Of a stretch of DNA of 64,000 nucleotides, positions 30,760 through 41,148 are shown in pieces; positions within the stretch are counted from its first letter, which is position 1; every line of letters begins with the position of its first letter. The position numbers and the translations under genes were made by a program. The stretch covers positions 1 to 64,000 of the IMG/VR virus record IMGVR_UViG_2806311071_000002; one strand, 5' to 3'. The DNA is from a virus (lineage: Duplodnaviria; Caudoviricetes). The notes under the pieces are model-generated. The model saw only the letters and a list, made by a program, of their open reading frames with translations, did not search any database and was not told where the DNA came from.

Positions 30760-31824
30760 TTACCTTGTTATTTTATATTTATTATCGTACAAGGCCGTCC
30801 AACTAGCTTGTCCTTTATCTGTTGGTGAGTCTTTACCGGACAACAGATTATCCTTATCATAAATTCCATAGCGTATCCTGCCAGTAACCCTCGACACTTC
30901 ATTTACAATGAATTTGGCATCTTTGTCTTTGTCATAAGCAAATACAAATTTGATCCCAATACCCAGTTCTTTAAGTATTCTTATTTGCTCATCAGACATA
31001 CTGTCCCCCTCTATGGAGATACAATTTTTATAGCCCCACTGGTTCAAAAACCATGTTGTTTTAGCGCCTTCAACAATAATCACCTCGTTTAAGGTCTTTA
31101 TATACGGTAGAGCTCTATGTAAATTGTAAAATTCTATTGACTTATTGCACGAATGCATATATATATACTTATATTTATCTTTTATAACTTCGTCTTTTCC
31201 AATATAACGTCCTTTAACCCCGATTAATCGACCGTCCCTATTGTGTACTGGAAAAGTGACTCGTTCGGATCTTACATCAATGCCTACTCCAAAAAGTTTT
31301 TGTGTGCTTATCGATAACCCTTCCTTATACCAACCATAATACGGGACAATGCCATATTGATCTAAAACACTTTGTGGCATTATTTCGTTCTCTATTATTT
31401 TCCTATTTTCTTTATTTCGTTCTTTCTGAAGTTTGTGCAACCATTTATTAGGCTGCGGTTTTTCTTTTTCCGCTGTTATTTTATAAAAATCATCTATGTA
31501 CTCTAAATAATTAAGTTTACTGCATAACCAAAATTTGCTTTTGGAAAGGCATGCTTTTTTTTCATCTTCAGTTGTAGCTCCATAAAGTATGTAAGATATA
31601 ACATCAAATATCGAACCTGATATTCCCTTACTTCTGATGTTTGATGTTAAAGAGGCGGTGTTTTTAACCTGCACACTCCGCTCGTTATCGCCGTCAGGAA
31701 GACCCGCAACAAACAATTTACCTCCTTGTTCAGTGCTAATACCCCAACAACCAAGTGCTTCTAATACTTCTTGAATCTGTTCTTCTCTATAAATTCTTTC
31801 TCTAATGGTTTGTAGATCGGACAT
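30760..31824 (-). CDS. DNA primase (TOPRIM)
   Basis: RVTFPV...GVKGR...KY, VEG and DKD motifs; adjacent to helicase. Confidence 0.85.
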   Translation of the reverse strand: MSDLQTIRERIYREEQIQEVLEALGCWGISTEQGGKLFVAGLPDGDNERSVQVKNTASLTSNIRSKGISGSIFDVISYILYGATTEDEKKACLSKSKFWLCSKLNYLEYIDDFYKITAEKEKPQPNKWLHKLQKERNKENRKIIENEIMPQSVLDQYGIVPYYGWYKEGLSISTQKLFGVGIDVRSERVTFPVHNRDGRLIGVKGRYIGKDEVIKDKYKYIYMHSCNKSIEFYNLHRALPYIKTLNEVIIVEGAKTTWFLNQWGYKNCISIEGDSMSDEQIRILKELGIGIKFVFAYDKDKDAKFIVNEVSRVTGRIRYGIYDKDNLLSGKDSPTDKGQASWTALYDNKYKITR

Positions 31825-31838
31825 TAATCGCCACCTTC

Positions 31839-33350
31839 TTAGAATGCTCCTCCGAGTCTTGGAACCTTTACATACGCAACTTCTTCGAAAGAGTTAATAC
31901 TGTAATTGACTTCATAAATAATCTGCTCTTCCTCACTACCGAAACGGTTCTTCGCTAGAAATAGAACTAAATAGGTCTTCTTTGGATCCAATATGTACTC
32001 TTCTTCATACCAGTTCCCCAGCTCATCCTTTTTATAGTTATATGGCTTTAATTCATATCTGGTTTTAGAACCTGTGTACTCATCTGCGAAAAGTAACCTT
32101 CCCATCATTACAACTGCAGCTACTTCGTTTATCTCCATACTCTTTCCCGTAGAGTCTAAGTCCAAGAATCTTGTCTCTTTGCCTAACTTTAGCTGTACTG
32201 TCGCTAAAGTCCCCACATTCTGGTTGTCTTCCTTAATCAAATCATGCAGTTCTTGAGCTGAGTTTGAAAAAGCTTCCCACCGAGCCATATCTTTTTGTGA
32301 TCGATCAGGTTTAAAGGTATCGATGATAAGCTTGTTATAGCCCTTGGGCCTGTAAAGTTCAACTCGGCTTAATATATCCTCTACACGATACTTTTTTAAC
32401 TCCAGTGTTTTAATTAATCCCTGGCCACGCTCCCACGCCCAATCTTTTGCTGCATTTAATTTATTTAGCATCTCTTGCTTAAAATTACCCTCATACAACT
32501 TTTCTCTGTTTATCGGTTTTTTTAGGATCTTAGATGAAATGGTTGCAAGAAGTAATGAACGCCACTTCTTAACACTCTCCTCGTTTATGGCCAGAATTGC
32601 TTTTTCTTGGTTTTCGAAAAGGCTCAAGATAAACTTTTCCATTGCAATTGAGCTTTTCCCAACTCCAGATGAAAGAACTAAATAGTAAAGAGACCCGTCC
32701 TTCCATCCTTTAATTTTCCTATTTAATCGTGGAGAATCATGTAATGGCGATCCCATAGACTCACCTGAATCCAGGTCTTCAATTGTCTCATTGAGCCCAT
32801 CCACGAGATCATGCTCGATAACATCGCCAGAGTTGATGTGAGCGAATGTTTCCTTATACTTATATTGCACATATAACTGCAGTTGTTTAAGCGTCATAAT
32901 CGTAAGCTTTTCAATTAACTTCTCATCTGCAATATCAATCAATGAAGCATCTTGTAATTTTCGCAAGCTCTCATATTTTTGAATTTCATTAAAATGATAC
33001 TCTTCATTCTGACTGTCGGTTTTACACTCATACATAAGTTCTTCGACTGATTCATAGCCACCAAAATCATTGTAAGCATCTAAATAGCTCTTTTTATTTT
33101 TTTCTTTAGGCCTTGATACTAAGAATGAATAAACAGTTTTGTCGTCAAAATCTCTGATTCCATTTTCAAACATCTGAGATCCAACAGTGAAGTAGAAGTA
33201 CCATATTGGCTCAGTAAATGTTTCCTTTGTAATCTTATGTGTTCTGTATCTTTGATACAACATTGGATTTGACCACAAATACCCAACGAAAAGAGACTCA
33301 TGAATATATGACGGTTCAACAAATTCATCTATGTAATTTCGTTTCTTCAT
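31839..33350 (-). CDS. DnaB-like replicative helicase
   Basis: SGVGKS Walker A; IIDT, TVQL and KNRFG motifs. Confidence 0.88.
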   Translation of the reverse strand: MKKRNYIDEFVEPSYIHESLFVGYLWSNPMLYQRYRTHKITKETFTEPIWYFYFTVGSQMFENGIRDFDDKTVYSFLVSRPKEKNKKSYLDAYNDFGGYESVEELMYECKTDSQNEEYHFNEIQKYESLRKLQDASLIDIADEKLIEKLTIMTLKQLQLYVQYKYKETFAHINSGDVIEHDLVDGLNETIEDLDSGESMGSPLHDSPRLNRKIKGWKDGSLYYLVLSSGVGKSSIAMEKFILSLFENQEKAILAINEESVKKWRSLLLATISSKILKKPINREKLYEGNFKQEMLNKLNAAKDWAWERGQGLIKTLELKKYRVEDILSRVELYRPKGYNKLIIDTFKPDRSQKDMARWEAFSNSAQELHDLIKEDNQNVGTLATVQLKLGKETRFLDLDSTGKSMEINEVAAVVMMGRLLFADEYTGSKTRYELKPYNYKKDELGNWYEEEYILDPKKTYLVLFLAKNRFGSEEEQIIYEVNYSINSFEEVAYVKVPRLGGAF

Positions 33351-33359
33351 GGCACTCTC

Positions 33360-33977
33360 CTATAAAAAACTTGAGATATCTAATTCATCTTTTTTTATGA
33401 TTTTAGGTTTAATTTTAATATCAATTTCACTTTGCACTTGAATTTGTTTGTTAATAATATTTGTGCGGATATCGTCTTGTTGCTTACTACGCCTGTCCGT
33501 TTCTTTCATCTCGTTTAAATTATTGATCACGATACTCAGGAAATAGGTAAACTCTTGCCAACTTGTTTCAAGGGTTTTGTAGTTGCGGACATTATGTAAT
33601 TGTTGTTCAGAGAATTTATATGCTTCTAAAATTTTTGTAAATGGAACGCCCTCTTTATACCTTTTAATCTTTTGATTTTGGTATTTAACTGTACCGTTCC
33701 TTATATCCTGGATACGCTCAATCATACGGGAGTCTAACCGCTCTAATCTATGCAAATTTAATAAGTAATTGTAGAGTTCATCAAATTCTGTTGCTTCATT
33801 TTCTTTAAATTTCTTATCCTGCTTGTATGCCTCGAAGCAATCGTCGTGAAAATATTTCCTGATATATTTTTCTGATCCATTTTTATTGAGTTTCCCAGTC
33901 GGTTTTGCTTCACAGGACATACTATTCTTAACCCCTTTTGATCCACACCACTGACATTTTACTTCTTTCATAGGCAA
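33360..33977 (-). CDS. Replication protein, possible helicase loader (YorH-like)
   Basis: CQWC...HDDC Zn motif; immediately upstream of helicase. Confidence 0.6.
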   Translation of the reverse strand: MPMKEVKCQWCGSKGVKNSMSCEAKPTGKLNKNGSEKYIRKYFHDDCFEAYKQDKKFKENEATEFDELYNYLLNLHRLERLDSRMIERIQDIRNGTVKYQNQKIKRYKEGVPFTKILEAYKFSEQQLHNVRNYKTLETSWQEFTYFLSIVINNLNEMKETDRRSKQQDDIRTNIINKQIQVQSEIDIKIKPKIIKKDELDISSFL

Positions 33978-34012
33978 TTCTCCTTTATAAAATAGGGAGA
34001 GAAATCTCTCCC

Positions 34013-35176
34013 TTAGTTAGCCGCCTCCAGTATTTCTTTAGTGATATTTAAAGCTTCTTTCAGATCTTCTACAGAAGTTAATTGCTTATAATTCTTTTGT
34101 CCGCCAAACTTTGCCGCGTAAGCATCAGCTAATTGATGTTTTACTGAGGGTGCTTGACCGGTTACTAAAGAAGTGATTTCGTCCAAGTAAGTCTGAGGAT
34201 CGCTTTCAGCCTTCTCAGCTGCTTCCTGCACCTTCTCCTCTCTAAGTAACTCTTCTTCTTTTTTTATTTCCTGGACAGTTCGGTCAGTCTTTGTAATTTG
34301 CCCTAACACTGCATTCTCAAAGGTTTTCAAGAAGTTTTCAGCACTGTATTCAACCTTTTCTGGTAGTTCAGTGTATCGGCCTCCAGCAATTTCAACATAC
34401 TCAGAAGGTCTAAAATACATCATTACTTTTGTGTCATGGAAGTTACTTGCTTTATCACGACCTTTTTTATCTTTAATATTGTCATCAAGCTCATTTCCCT
34501 GTTTATCCAATACGGATACTTCGTTATGTAAGCAGCAAATAAGACTTGCCTGCGACTCAAAGACTTTTCTTCCGGAGTTAGGCATCATAAGTTGAATGGA
34601 GTTATACTTCATTCCATCATAAAGGGTTGTTTCCTTTTCCTTTGTCCATGCGAGAAACATTAATCCATAACCTGCATTTTTCAAAGTATCGAAAGGCTTT
34701 TTAAGTTCCTCATAAAGAGCTGTCCACCCATTTTCCTTACCGTTAGTCGACTCAGAAATATCCTGAAGCGATTCGAATGTTTTACCATAAAGCCTTTTTC
34801 TATCATTCAAAATCCAGGCTGTACAAGCATCAATAGCTCTGTCTGCTGTATCTACTCCAATAAGCTTGACGATTCTTCCTGTTTTTGCTTCTTGGACTAA
34901 TTCAGGCACTACAGCTTTTTTGAAATACTCCCATACTTTCCAAAGGTTTTTGTCTGTGCCTTCCTCATGCAAAGGAACAATATTGTCTAGTTGCCAAGTT
35001 TCATACCCGTCCTCAAAGGACAATAATAAAGCCTCTTCTGGGTGTGCGTAATGCATCTCTGTTACTTCTTTCCAGAGCCGTGTCTTACCTGTTTTATATC
35101 CCCCTGCTACTAGCGTCATGATGGATTGAAGTTCAACCTTTGGTGTGTTATTTTTAATTTTTTTTCGAAAGCTCAT
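34013..35176 (-). CDS. AAA_24/Sak4-like ATPase (YorG-like)
   Basis: GGYKTGKT, FEDG and VDTAD motifs. Confidence 0.8.
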   Translation of the reverse strand: MSFRKKIKNNTPKVELQSIMTLVAGGYKTGKTRLWKEVTEMHYAHPEEALLLSFEDGYETWQLDNIVPLHEEGTDKNLWKVWEYFKKAVVPELVQEAKTGRIVKLIGVDTADRAIDACTAWILNDRKRLYGKTFESLQDISESTNGKENGWTALYEELKKPFDTLKNAGYGLMFLAWTKEKETTLYDGMKYNSIQLMMPNSGRKVFESQASLICCLHNEVSVLDKQGNELDDNIKDKKGRDKASNFHDTKVMMYFRPSEYVEIAGGRYTELPEKVEYSAENFLKTFENAVLGQITKTDRTVQEIKKEEELLREEKVQEAAEKAESDPQTYLDEITSLVTGQAPSVKHQLADAYAAKFGGQKNYKQLTSVEDLKEALNITKEILEAAN

Positions 35177-35224
35177 TTAATCTCTCCCTTTAATTTATTA
35201 TATTAATCAAAGTTATTTTTGTTT

Positions 35225-36565
35225 TTAGAAAGGCAGATCATCGTCATTGACAACGACTTCTGCAAACGGGTCTTCACTCGACGTATTCTCATTTGAAATT
35301 TCTTCTTCTGTCAACAGTCCGCTTTTATATGTACCACCAATGTAGTTGAGGATTTCTAAACCTTTTCGAGTCCCAGTAGAAACAGTTTCAAAGGACGCCA
35401 CTTTTTCCCCTACATCTTCAAAAGGGTTTTCGTCCTCGGTCTCTTTAACTTCGACTTGTGTGAATTGCGCTCTGTTATTGTCGATCCCTTCAACAACTAG
35501 AAAAGCACCTCTCTCTAATGCGCCAAAAGCATCTGCAAAAGATTTTTTTCCTTCTTCTGGCTCTTTATAATAGACAACTAGATCAACATCTTTTGGGACA
35601 CTTCGATCTTTTCCATAATCAAGATAAACTCCATTTACTTTAGTGTCTTTTGTCTCTTCGTCTTGATATGTACTCTTAATCCCTAGTTGCATTTCAAATT
35701 TATTGTGTTCGATAAAATTTTCAGACCCAAAGTCTCTTACATAAGGCACATAACTGTATTTGCCGTTTGCTTCGGCTACTCTCACTTCACTTTGAATGTT
35801 ATTTGACACCTTAATTTTGTCTGTTTCTACAACTCCGTCAGTGTAACTTATTTTAAACCGCTGCCCCTCACCGTCGTCTTTTACCTTTGCAATGAATAGG
35901 TCTCCACCGGAAGGATCCAGCCATCCTACCTTAACTTTCGCCACGCCTTCTTTCGCTTTTCCACTACCGAGTCGGATTCCGTCTTGTTCTGAGTCATACA
36001 CATTAAACTGGGCTTCACTTTCCACGTCTTTAATTTCAACTTCTCCATTTTTCAAAGGATAAACTCTGTTAATAATTCGCTTCACTAATTTAATTTCTTC
36101 TCCGTTGCTGTTTTCAAAAGTATCAAATTCGTACTGTCCTTGAACTTCAGCCCACATACCAGGCTTAACGATTTTTGCAAATTGTTCTGCCATATCCCAT
36201 TCCGGAGTAATCACATGATATGTCTCATCAGGTAGCTTTGTCTTGTCGTTACGATCTGCCCACGGGACTGCTACCGTTTTTTTATGTTTGGAGCTATACG
36301 CATAAACTAAATCACGTTCCATTCCTGCAAGCTCAACTTTTAATTCATTATAAGGCGCAGTTTCGATACTGAATTGAAGTACTCTCCGATTCTTTTTAGT
36401 CTGGGTAACTGTCGTTTCATAAATTTCAACATCATACCAACTGTCTGTTTCAGGATCTTTTTTTCTTACTGGCTTTACTAATCCAACAAATCTGAAACTA
36501 TTGGTAAACTCTTTACCGCCATGTTTTTTATTAATTTTAATTTCATCTTTTTTCTTCGCCATCAA
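35225..36565 (-). CDS. Putative ssDNA-binding protein (YorF-like)
   Basis: Acidic C-terminus DDDLPF; position next to ATPase. Confidence 0.65.
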   Translation of the reverse strand: MMAKKKDEIKINKKHGGKEFTNSFRFVGLVKPVRKKDPETDSWYDVEIYETTVTQTKKNRRVLQFSIETAPYNELKVELAGMERDLVYAYSSKHKKTVAVPWADRNDKTKLPDETYHVITPEWDMAEQFAKIVKPGMWAEVQGQYEFDTFENSNGEEIKLVKRIINRVYPLKNGEVEIKDVESEAQFNVYDSEQDGIRLGSGKAKEGVAKVKVGWLDPSGGDLFIAKVKDDGEGQRFKISYTDGVVETDKIKVSNNIQSEVRVAEANGKYSYVPYVRDFGSENFIEHNKFEMQLGIKSTYQDEETKDTKVNGVYLDYGKDRSVPKDVDLVVYYKEPEEGKKSFADAFGALERGAFLVVEGIDNNRAQFTQVEVKETEDENPFEDVGEKVASFETVSTGTRKGLEILNYIGGTYKSGLLTEEEISNENTSSEDPFAEVVVNDDDLPF

Positions 36566-36592
36566 AATACCATCCTCTTTTTTTATTTTTGT

Positions 36593-36949
36593 TTACTTTT
36601 TCTTTGAATATGTAGTTTTGCTAAACTTACAATCTTTAATCCCGAGTTCTTTATTTAACTCTATGTATCTCCTTTTAGGAAATTTCCAATTCACTTGATC
36701 AACTTCTTGGTCTTTCTTATTTAAAATTTCAAAGACCTGCTTTTTTCTATTTACCTTGATGATTAAATTGCCATATGCATACTCCGTGTAAAATAACCGT
36801 TTCCTCACTCGACTAGGATGTGTTTCTTTAACGAGAGTGACATTTCGAATCATCTTTAATAACACTTGATCCGATGAAGTAGCGTGATTATTTTTGACCG
36901 TCTTTCGATATTGAGCCAAAGCTTTCTCAGTAATTCCGAGTACTAACAC
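36593..36949 (-). CDS. Hypothetical basic protein (YorE-like position)
   Basis: First gene of the replication operon; AGGAGG RBS. Confidence 0.65.
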   Translation of the reverse strand: MLVLGITEKALAQYRKTVKNNHATSSDQVLLKMIRNVTLVKETHPSRVRKRLFYTEYAYGNLIIKVNRKKQVFEILNKKDQEVDQVNWKFPKRRYIELNKELGIKDCKFSKTTYSKKK

Positions 36950-37099
36950 GGTTGTACCTCCTTTCCTTTAACTTGATTTTATTATATCCTTATTTTTTAT
37001 TTTTGTCTATTGTTTTTATACTTATTTTTTATTTTTGTTTATTTGTTAGGATTGCAAGGCTTCAGACATTTATCGAAACCCTGCAATTTAAATGGATGA

Positions 37100-37477
37100 T
37101 TAAACAACCTCATTCCAAGACCACATGTTCATTGTCTGCAGCGTAAAACCGTCAGGAAGCTTTTTCATTTTTATATTCACATTGTATCTCTTCCCAGTGG
37201 TCTTATGGATCACAGCAAGTTCTTCACCATCATAGAACCTTACAATCGCTTCATTAAATTCAATTGGCTGATCAACCATATAACCTTCTTTAAGCGCTCT
37301 GATATACAGATAAGGATCTGCCTTATAAAGCTCATAAAGCCTATTCGCAAAATCTTCGTGTTTATCTCTAAGTAGTTCAAAATTTATTAGGGATATGTAC
37401 AGTTTTTCAGATATGTTCAGCTTGTTCTTGAAGTACCGGATTGCTTCGTCTTGTTCTTTACTTAAAATATTGGTCAT
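37100..37477 (-). CDS. Hypothetical phage protein
   Basis: Start MTNILS after GGAGA. Confidence 0.65.
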   Translation of the reverse strand: MTNILSKEQDEAIRYFKNKLNISEKLYISLINFELLRDKHEDFANRLYELYKADPYLYIRALKEGYMVDQPIEFNEAIVRFYDGEELAVIHKTTGKRYNVNIKMKKLPDGFTLQTMNMWSWNEVV

Positions 37478-37568
37478 ATATCCATCTCCCAATCTTGTTA
37501 AAACTACAATTTTATTTAATCTAATAAAGTTGACAAAGCTGGTTAAGCCCTGTCAACTTTTTGTTTAT

Positions 37569-37964
37569 CTAAATCGTTTCGTATCCTTTAAATTTAAAAA
37601 ATGTAATTTCTGTATGTCTTGTTGAAACCTTCAAATAGTCTTTGAAAAAGCTCTCTACTAGAAGCTTGGTATAAAATTCAAATATGGCTCGTCCAAACTC
37701 TGCATTATTTTCTGTTGATGTTCTTTCACGGAATTTGTCATCACTAAAGTGATGTTTATAATGGAAAATTACATTTGTGAACTCATATTCAACCCTGATT
37801 TCATTATCCTTTTCTTCAAATTCTAATTTTTCAATTTTAATCGGAGTGGTTTCAATATACGTTTTAAATAGTTCTTTTAAAGCAGATTTCAATTCACCTA
37901 ATAAGCCGTCTTTTTTCTTAACAATTTCAAAACTTAGCAATCCTTGTATTTTTCGTTTTTCCAT
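37569..37964 (-). CDS. Hypothetical protein
   Basis: AGGGG RBS; hairpin at 37526-37561 downstream. Confidence 0.55.
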   Translation of the reverse strand: MEKRKIQGLLSFEIVKKKDGLLGELKSALKELFKTYIETTPIKIEKLEFEEKDNEIRVEYEFTNVIFHYKHHFSDDKFRERTSTENNAEFGRAIFEFYTKLLVESFFKDYLKVSTRHTEITFFKFKGYETI

Positions 37965-38047
37965 TTTTATCAATCCCCTTCTTTGTAATTACATCTTTAT
38001 TATATCTCAAATTTCTTAATAATAAGATATTAAAGCTTTACGTAGCC

Positions 38048-39790
38048 TTAAATGACTACGTCTCCTTCTGCAGTCTTCAGTGTTCCACTATCGTATGTGT
38101 TATGGATTAATGTTGTATTCTTTGCTTTATCTGTGCAATAAGGGTGAGATAATAACTTGCTTCCAATTCCGCGCGCATCGTTTCTTACGAGACGTACCTT
38201 GTTTGTATTCTCTAAATAAACACCATATCCTTGGTCTGTTGAACGATTAAACATGATCTCATTATTGTTTAACATGTGTTCTGAACCACCTGTCAGGTGG
38301 ATAGCAATCAATGACTTACAGAAATAAATCTGATTCTCACTGATCTGACAGCTGTATTTCTCGGATGTACCTTTGATTGCAACATTTCTTGGATTATGAA
38401 TTTCATTTCTGTTGAAATACACTTCAGAATCCTTATCCCAAAAGATGCCGTATCCACTTCCGCTTAAGAATAGGTCATTCAACTTTAAACGAACTGATTG
38501 AGACCTCTCACAATAAATTCCCCCGTGCACATTTGCAAATTCATTAATTGCAAAGCTTACACGGTTCGAATCCACGATTTTAATGGCATAAGCAGATGTG
38601 GTATTTCCCCCTTTATTATTTGTAACTCTCACATCTTTTGAGTTTCGCACTTGAACTTGTATACAATCGCTGTTTTCAATATGATTATTCGAAATAAAAA
38701 CATCTTCTGCTTCATGTGTTGCAATCGGACAAGCCGCGATGTTTTCAAGTATATTGTTCGTTACATCAATCCCTTTACCTCTTACACAAATGCCTATTTC
38801 AAACCCTCTTACAGTGTTACCGCTGATTTGTACTCTATTTCCTGACTCCGTGCTTGAAACACCCACCGAGTCAATTCCATATTTCTTGGATTTTCCCTTA
38901 TTAATAATCTTGTTGTCCTTAACACTGACATCAGTGCTGTATCCATAAGAAATAACATTGTCACTATAGTTTCCTTCTAAAATTACTTCACCGCTTGTGT
39001 GAGCTGTAACGGATCCACGCCCATTATTTTTAAACCGGCAATTTCGCACAGTTAATTTATACGGGTGATCATATTTAATTCCGTTTTCTCCAAAGCCCTC
39101 TAAATCAATTCCTAATTGTGGCCCAATTGTATCTCCCCCAGCTTCCTCTATATCACAGTCATCGACAAGAAGACCTTCACAACCATTGGTAGCCAGATTA
39201 TTTCTTCTCCCTCTTAAAAGAGTACACTTTCGAACGGTTACATTCTTTGAAGGCGTATACGCTCCTGGAGTGTTCATCATCCCATCGGCTGCTATCCAAA
39301 TGTTATCTCCAATACAGTCAGAGACTTGTACATTTTCAATTAACACATTACTGCTACCATGAACATGAATTCCATATCCCCATTCATGTGTCCTTTTAAT
39401 TGAAGTTATTTTTGAATAATCGTGTTCATACCGGTCACCTATAATTTGACCACCGCGAATCGTTACATTACTCGCTTGGCCGATATAAAAACAGGAGTAA
39501 CCTTGAGAATCATTTGGCTGCACTTTAAATATAGCCTCTGGATGCAGTATCAACTCAATATTTGATGGTACATTAATACCTCCGCCAAATTCAGGCAACC
39601 GCCTTGACGTATTCACTGCATCAATTAGGTAGATACCTTTTGGAACATGTACTTTATAGAATGATTTTGAGCTTGCGTATTCTAAAGCTCGGTTTAATCC
39701 TTCTGTTGTTTCAATTGCATTTGACCCTTTATCATCAATTCCCCAATCCAGAGCATCAACAAAATAGTATAAGGGCTGCTGCATGTTCAT
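38048..39790 (-). CDS. yorA: Right-handed parallel beta-helix (pectate-lyase-like) protein
   Basis: Repeated G-I-x-V...NV-x-I-xN units; VHVPKGIYLI. Confidence 0.85.
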   Translation of the reverse strand: MNMQQPLYYFVDALDWGIDDKGSNAIETTEGLNRALEYASSKSFYKVHVPKGIYLIDAVNTSRRLPEFGGGINVPSNIELILHPEAIFKVQPNDSQGYSCFYIGQASNVTIRGGQIIGDRYEHDYSKITSIKRTHEWGYGIHVHGSSNVLIENVQVSDCIGDNIWIAADGMMNTPGAYTPSKNVTVRKCTLLRGRRNNLATNGCEGLLVDDCDIEEAGGDTIGPQLGIDLEGFGENGIKYDHPYKLTVRNCRFKNNGRGSVTAHTSGEVILEGNYSDNVISYGYSTDVSVKDNKIINKGKSKKYGIDSVGVSSTESGNRVQISGNTVRGFEIGICVRGKGIDVTNNILENIAACPIATHEAEDVFISNNHIENSDCIQVQVRNSKDVRVTNNKGGNTTSAYAIKIVDSNRVSFAINEFANVHGGIYCERSQSVRLKLNDLFLSGSGYGIFWDKDSEVYFNRNEIHNPRNVAIKGTSEKYSCQISENQIYFCKSLIAIHLTGGSEHMLNNNEIMFNRSTDQGYGVYLENTNKVRLVRNDARGIGSKLLSHPYCTDKAKNTTLIHNTYDSGTLKTAEGDVVI

Positions 39791-40602
39791 GTTGTTAAAC
39801 CCTTCCCGTCTACATTTTCATTGAGAAACCGTGACAAGATGTCAATGAAGCTATAAAAGGTCTCATTTTTTGTTCCTGAACGCCCTTTGAGAGAAAAGGT
39901 GTTAAACATTGATTTACGTAATCCAGTACTTAACTCAAGTTGAATGCTCTTTCCTGTTTTATTTTTATTGGCAACATTGTTCGGGCTGCTACCAGATAGC
40001 CTCGTACCCTCATCAAGAAGCTCTGCAGAGTAACCGGCATTGTTTAATGTGCTTGTTATCGCTTCAGCTTTGTCTCGATCTGTGCCGCCAACTAAAACAT
40101 GTTCTTCATTACTTGCATAGCCATGAAGTGACAGTGTGAACTCATGTTCCTCCAACATTTCAAGTGCTTGAGGTTCATCAAAATTCGTACTGGTCAAATG
40201 TAAATCAAATGCTCCTGGTATCTTTAAAGCTTCAAAAAGATATGTAGAGTATGTTTCGCTTAATTCCTTTGCAAGCTCGCTTGTTCCTCCTTCTATGCCA
40301 CCTCCATGGGGAGCAAGAATTAATACATCAGTGTCTTGCTCTTTTGAGAATACGCTGAAACTGAACGGCGATTCATTCACTTTAAGCTCTTCAAAGTTTC
40401 GATACTTGTCTGCTGCTAGAGAACTTACTGGATTCAGAAATGAAGCTAGAGCTGTCACCAAGACTGGAAAAGTCTTCTTAACTGTGATACACTTTAATAG
40501 CTTCGCTTCAGGGTGAAGTGTGCAGGGGAGGTGCGACCGACCAAGTTTTACCTTCTCTGCTCCTTTAATCTTTTTTAACAGTTCCTTTTTAATCCTCAAC
40601 AA
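39787..40602 (-). CDS. pghZ: Phage poly-gamma-glutamate hydrolase (PghP/YoqZ family)
   Basis: APHGGGIEGGTSE, HLTSTNFDEP, SLHGY and QLELS motifs. Confidence 0.9.
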   Translation of the reverse strand: MLRIKKELLKKIKGAEKVKLGRSHLPCTLHPEAKLLKCITVKKTFPVLVTALASFLNPVSSLAADKYRNFEELKVNESPFSFSVFSKEQDTDVLILAPHGGGIEGGTSELAKELSETYSTYLFEALKIPGAFDLHLTSTNFDEPQALEMLEEHEFTLSLHGYASNEEHVLVGGTDRDKAEAITSTLNNAGYSAELLDEGTRLSGSSPNNVANKNKTGKSIQLELSTGLRKSMFNTFSLKGRSGTKNETFYSFIDILSRFLNENVDGKGLTT

Positions 40603-40875
40603 TTAATAACCACTCCTTTTTGTTTTTGCTTTATTCTTAAAACTTAAATCACATAGATAACTCACATTGTTATCACCCCCTTAAATTAGACATACAAGTT
40701 AAATCCAAGACACAATATTACCGCATTTTAAATGCACGTGTTCCTAATCTCCTTCCCAAGGGCCTTCTACTAAATCAATCTCATAATCAAATTCATCTTT
40801 TTCAATTACTTTTTTACATTCGCTGCAAAAGCAAGTAAACATTTTCACTCATCCTCTGTCTGTAAAATATCGTTT

Positions 40876-41148
40876 TTATTCAGTTTCTTTTCTTACCCAT
40901 TTTCTAACCTTCATTTCTTTTAACTCCACTTCATAACAATCCACTTGATCTTCAAATTCCCAAGGGCTTTCATGCTGGCTTTCAGTGGCACCCTTGCTAT
41001 AGAAAGTTTCAAAAAAGCGTCCTTGATATGGAAATACAATTCTATAGTGAACGCTCCACCTTGATGTGTCAGTGATTTCTTCTAAAATTGAGGACTCCGG
41101 TAGCCCCAATTCATTTACCATGTAATCCTTGTCCAATTTAATATTCAT
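40876..41148 (-). CDS. Hypothetical phage protein
   Basis: SRWS...GATESQ...PWE segment. Confidence 0.7.
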   Translation of the reverse strand: MNIKLDKDYMVNELGLPESSILEEITDTSRWSVHYRIVFPYQGRFFETFYSKGATESQHESPWEFEDQVDCYEVELKEMKVRKWVRKETE

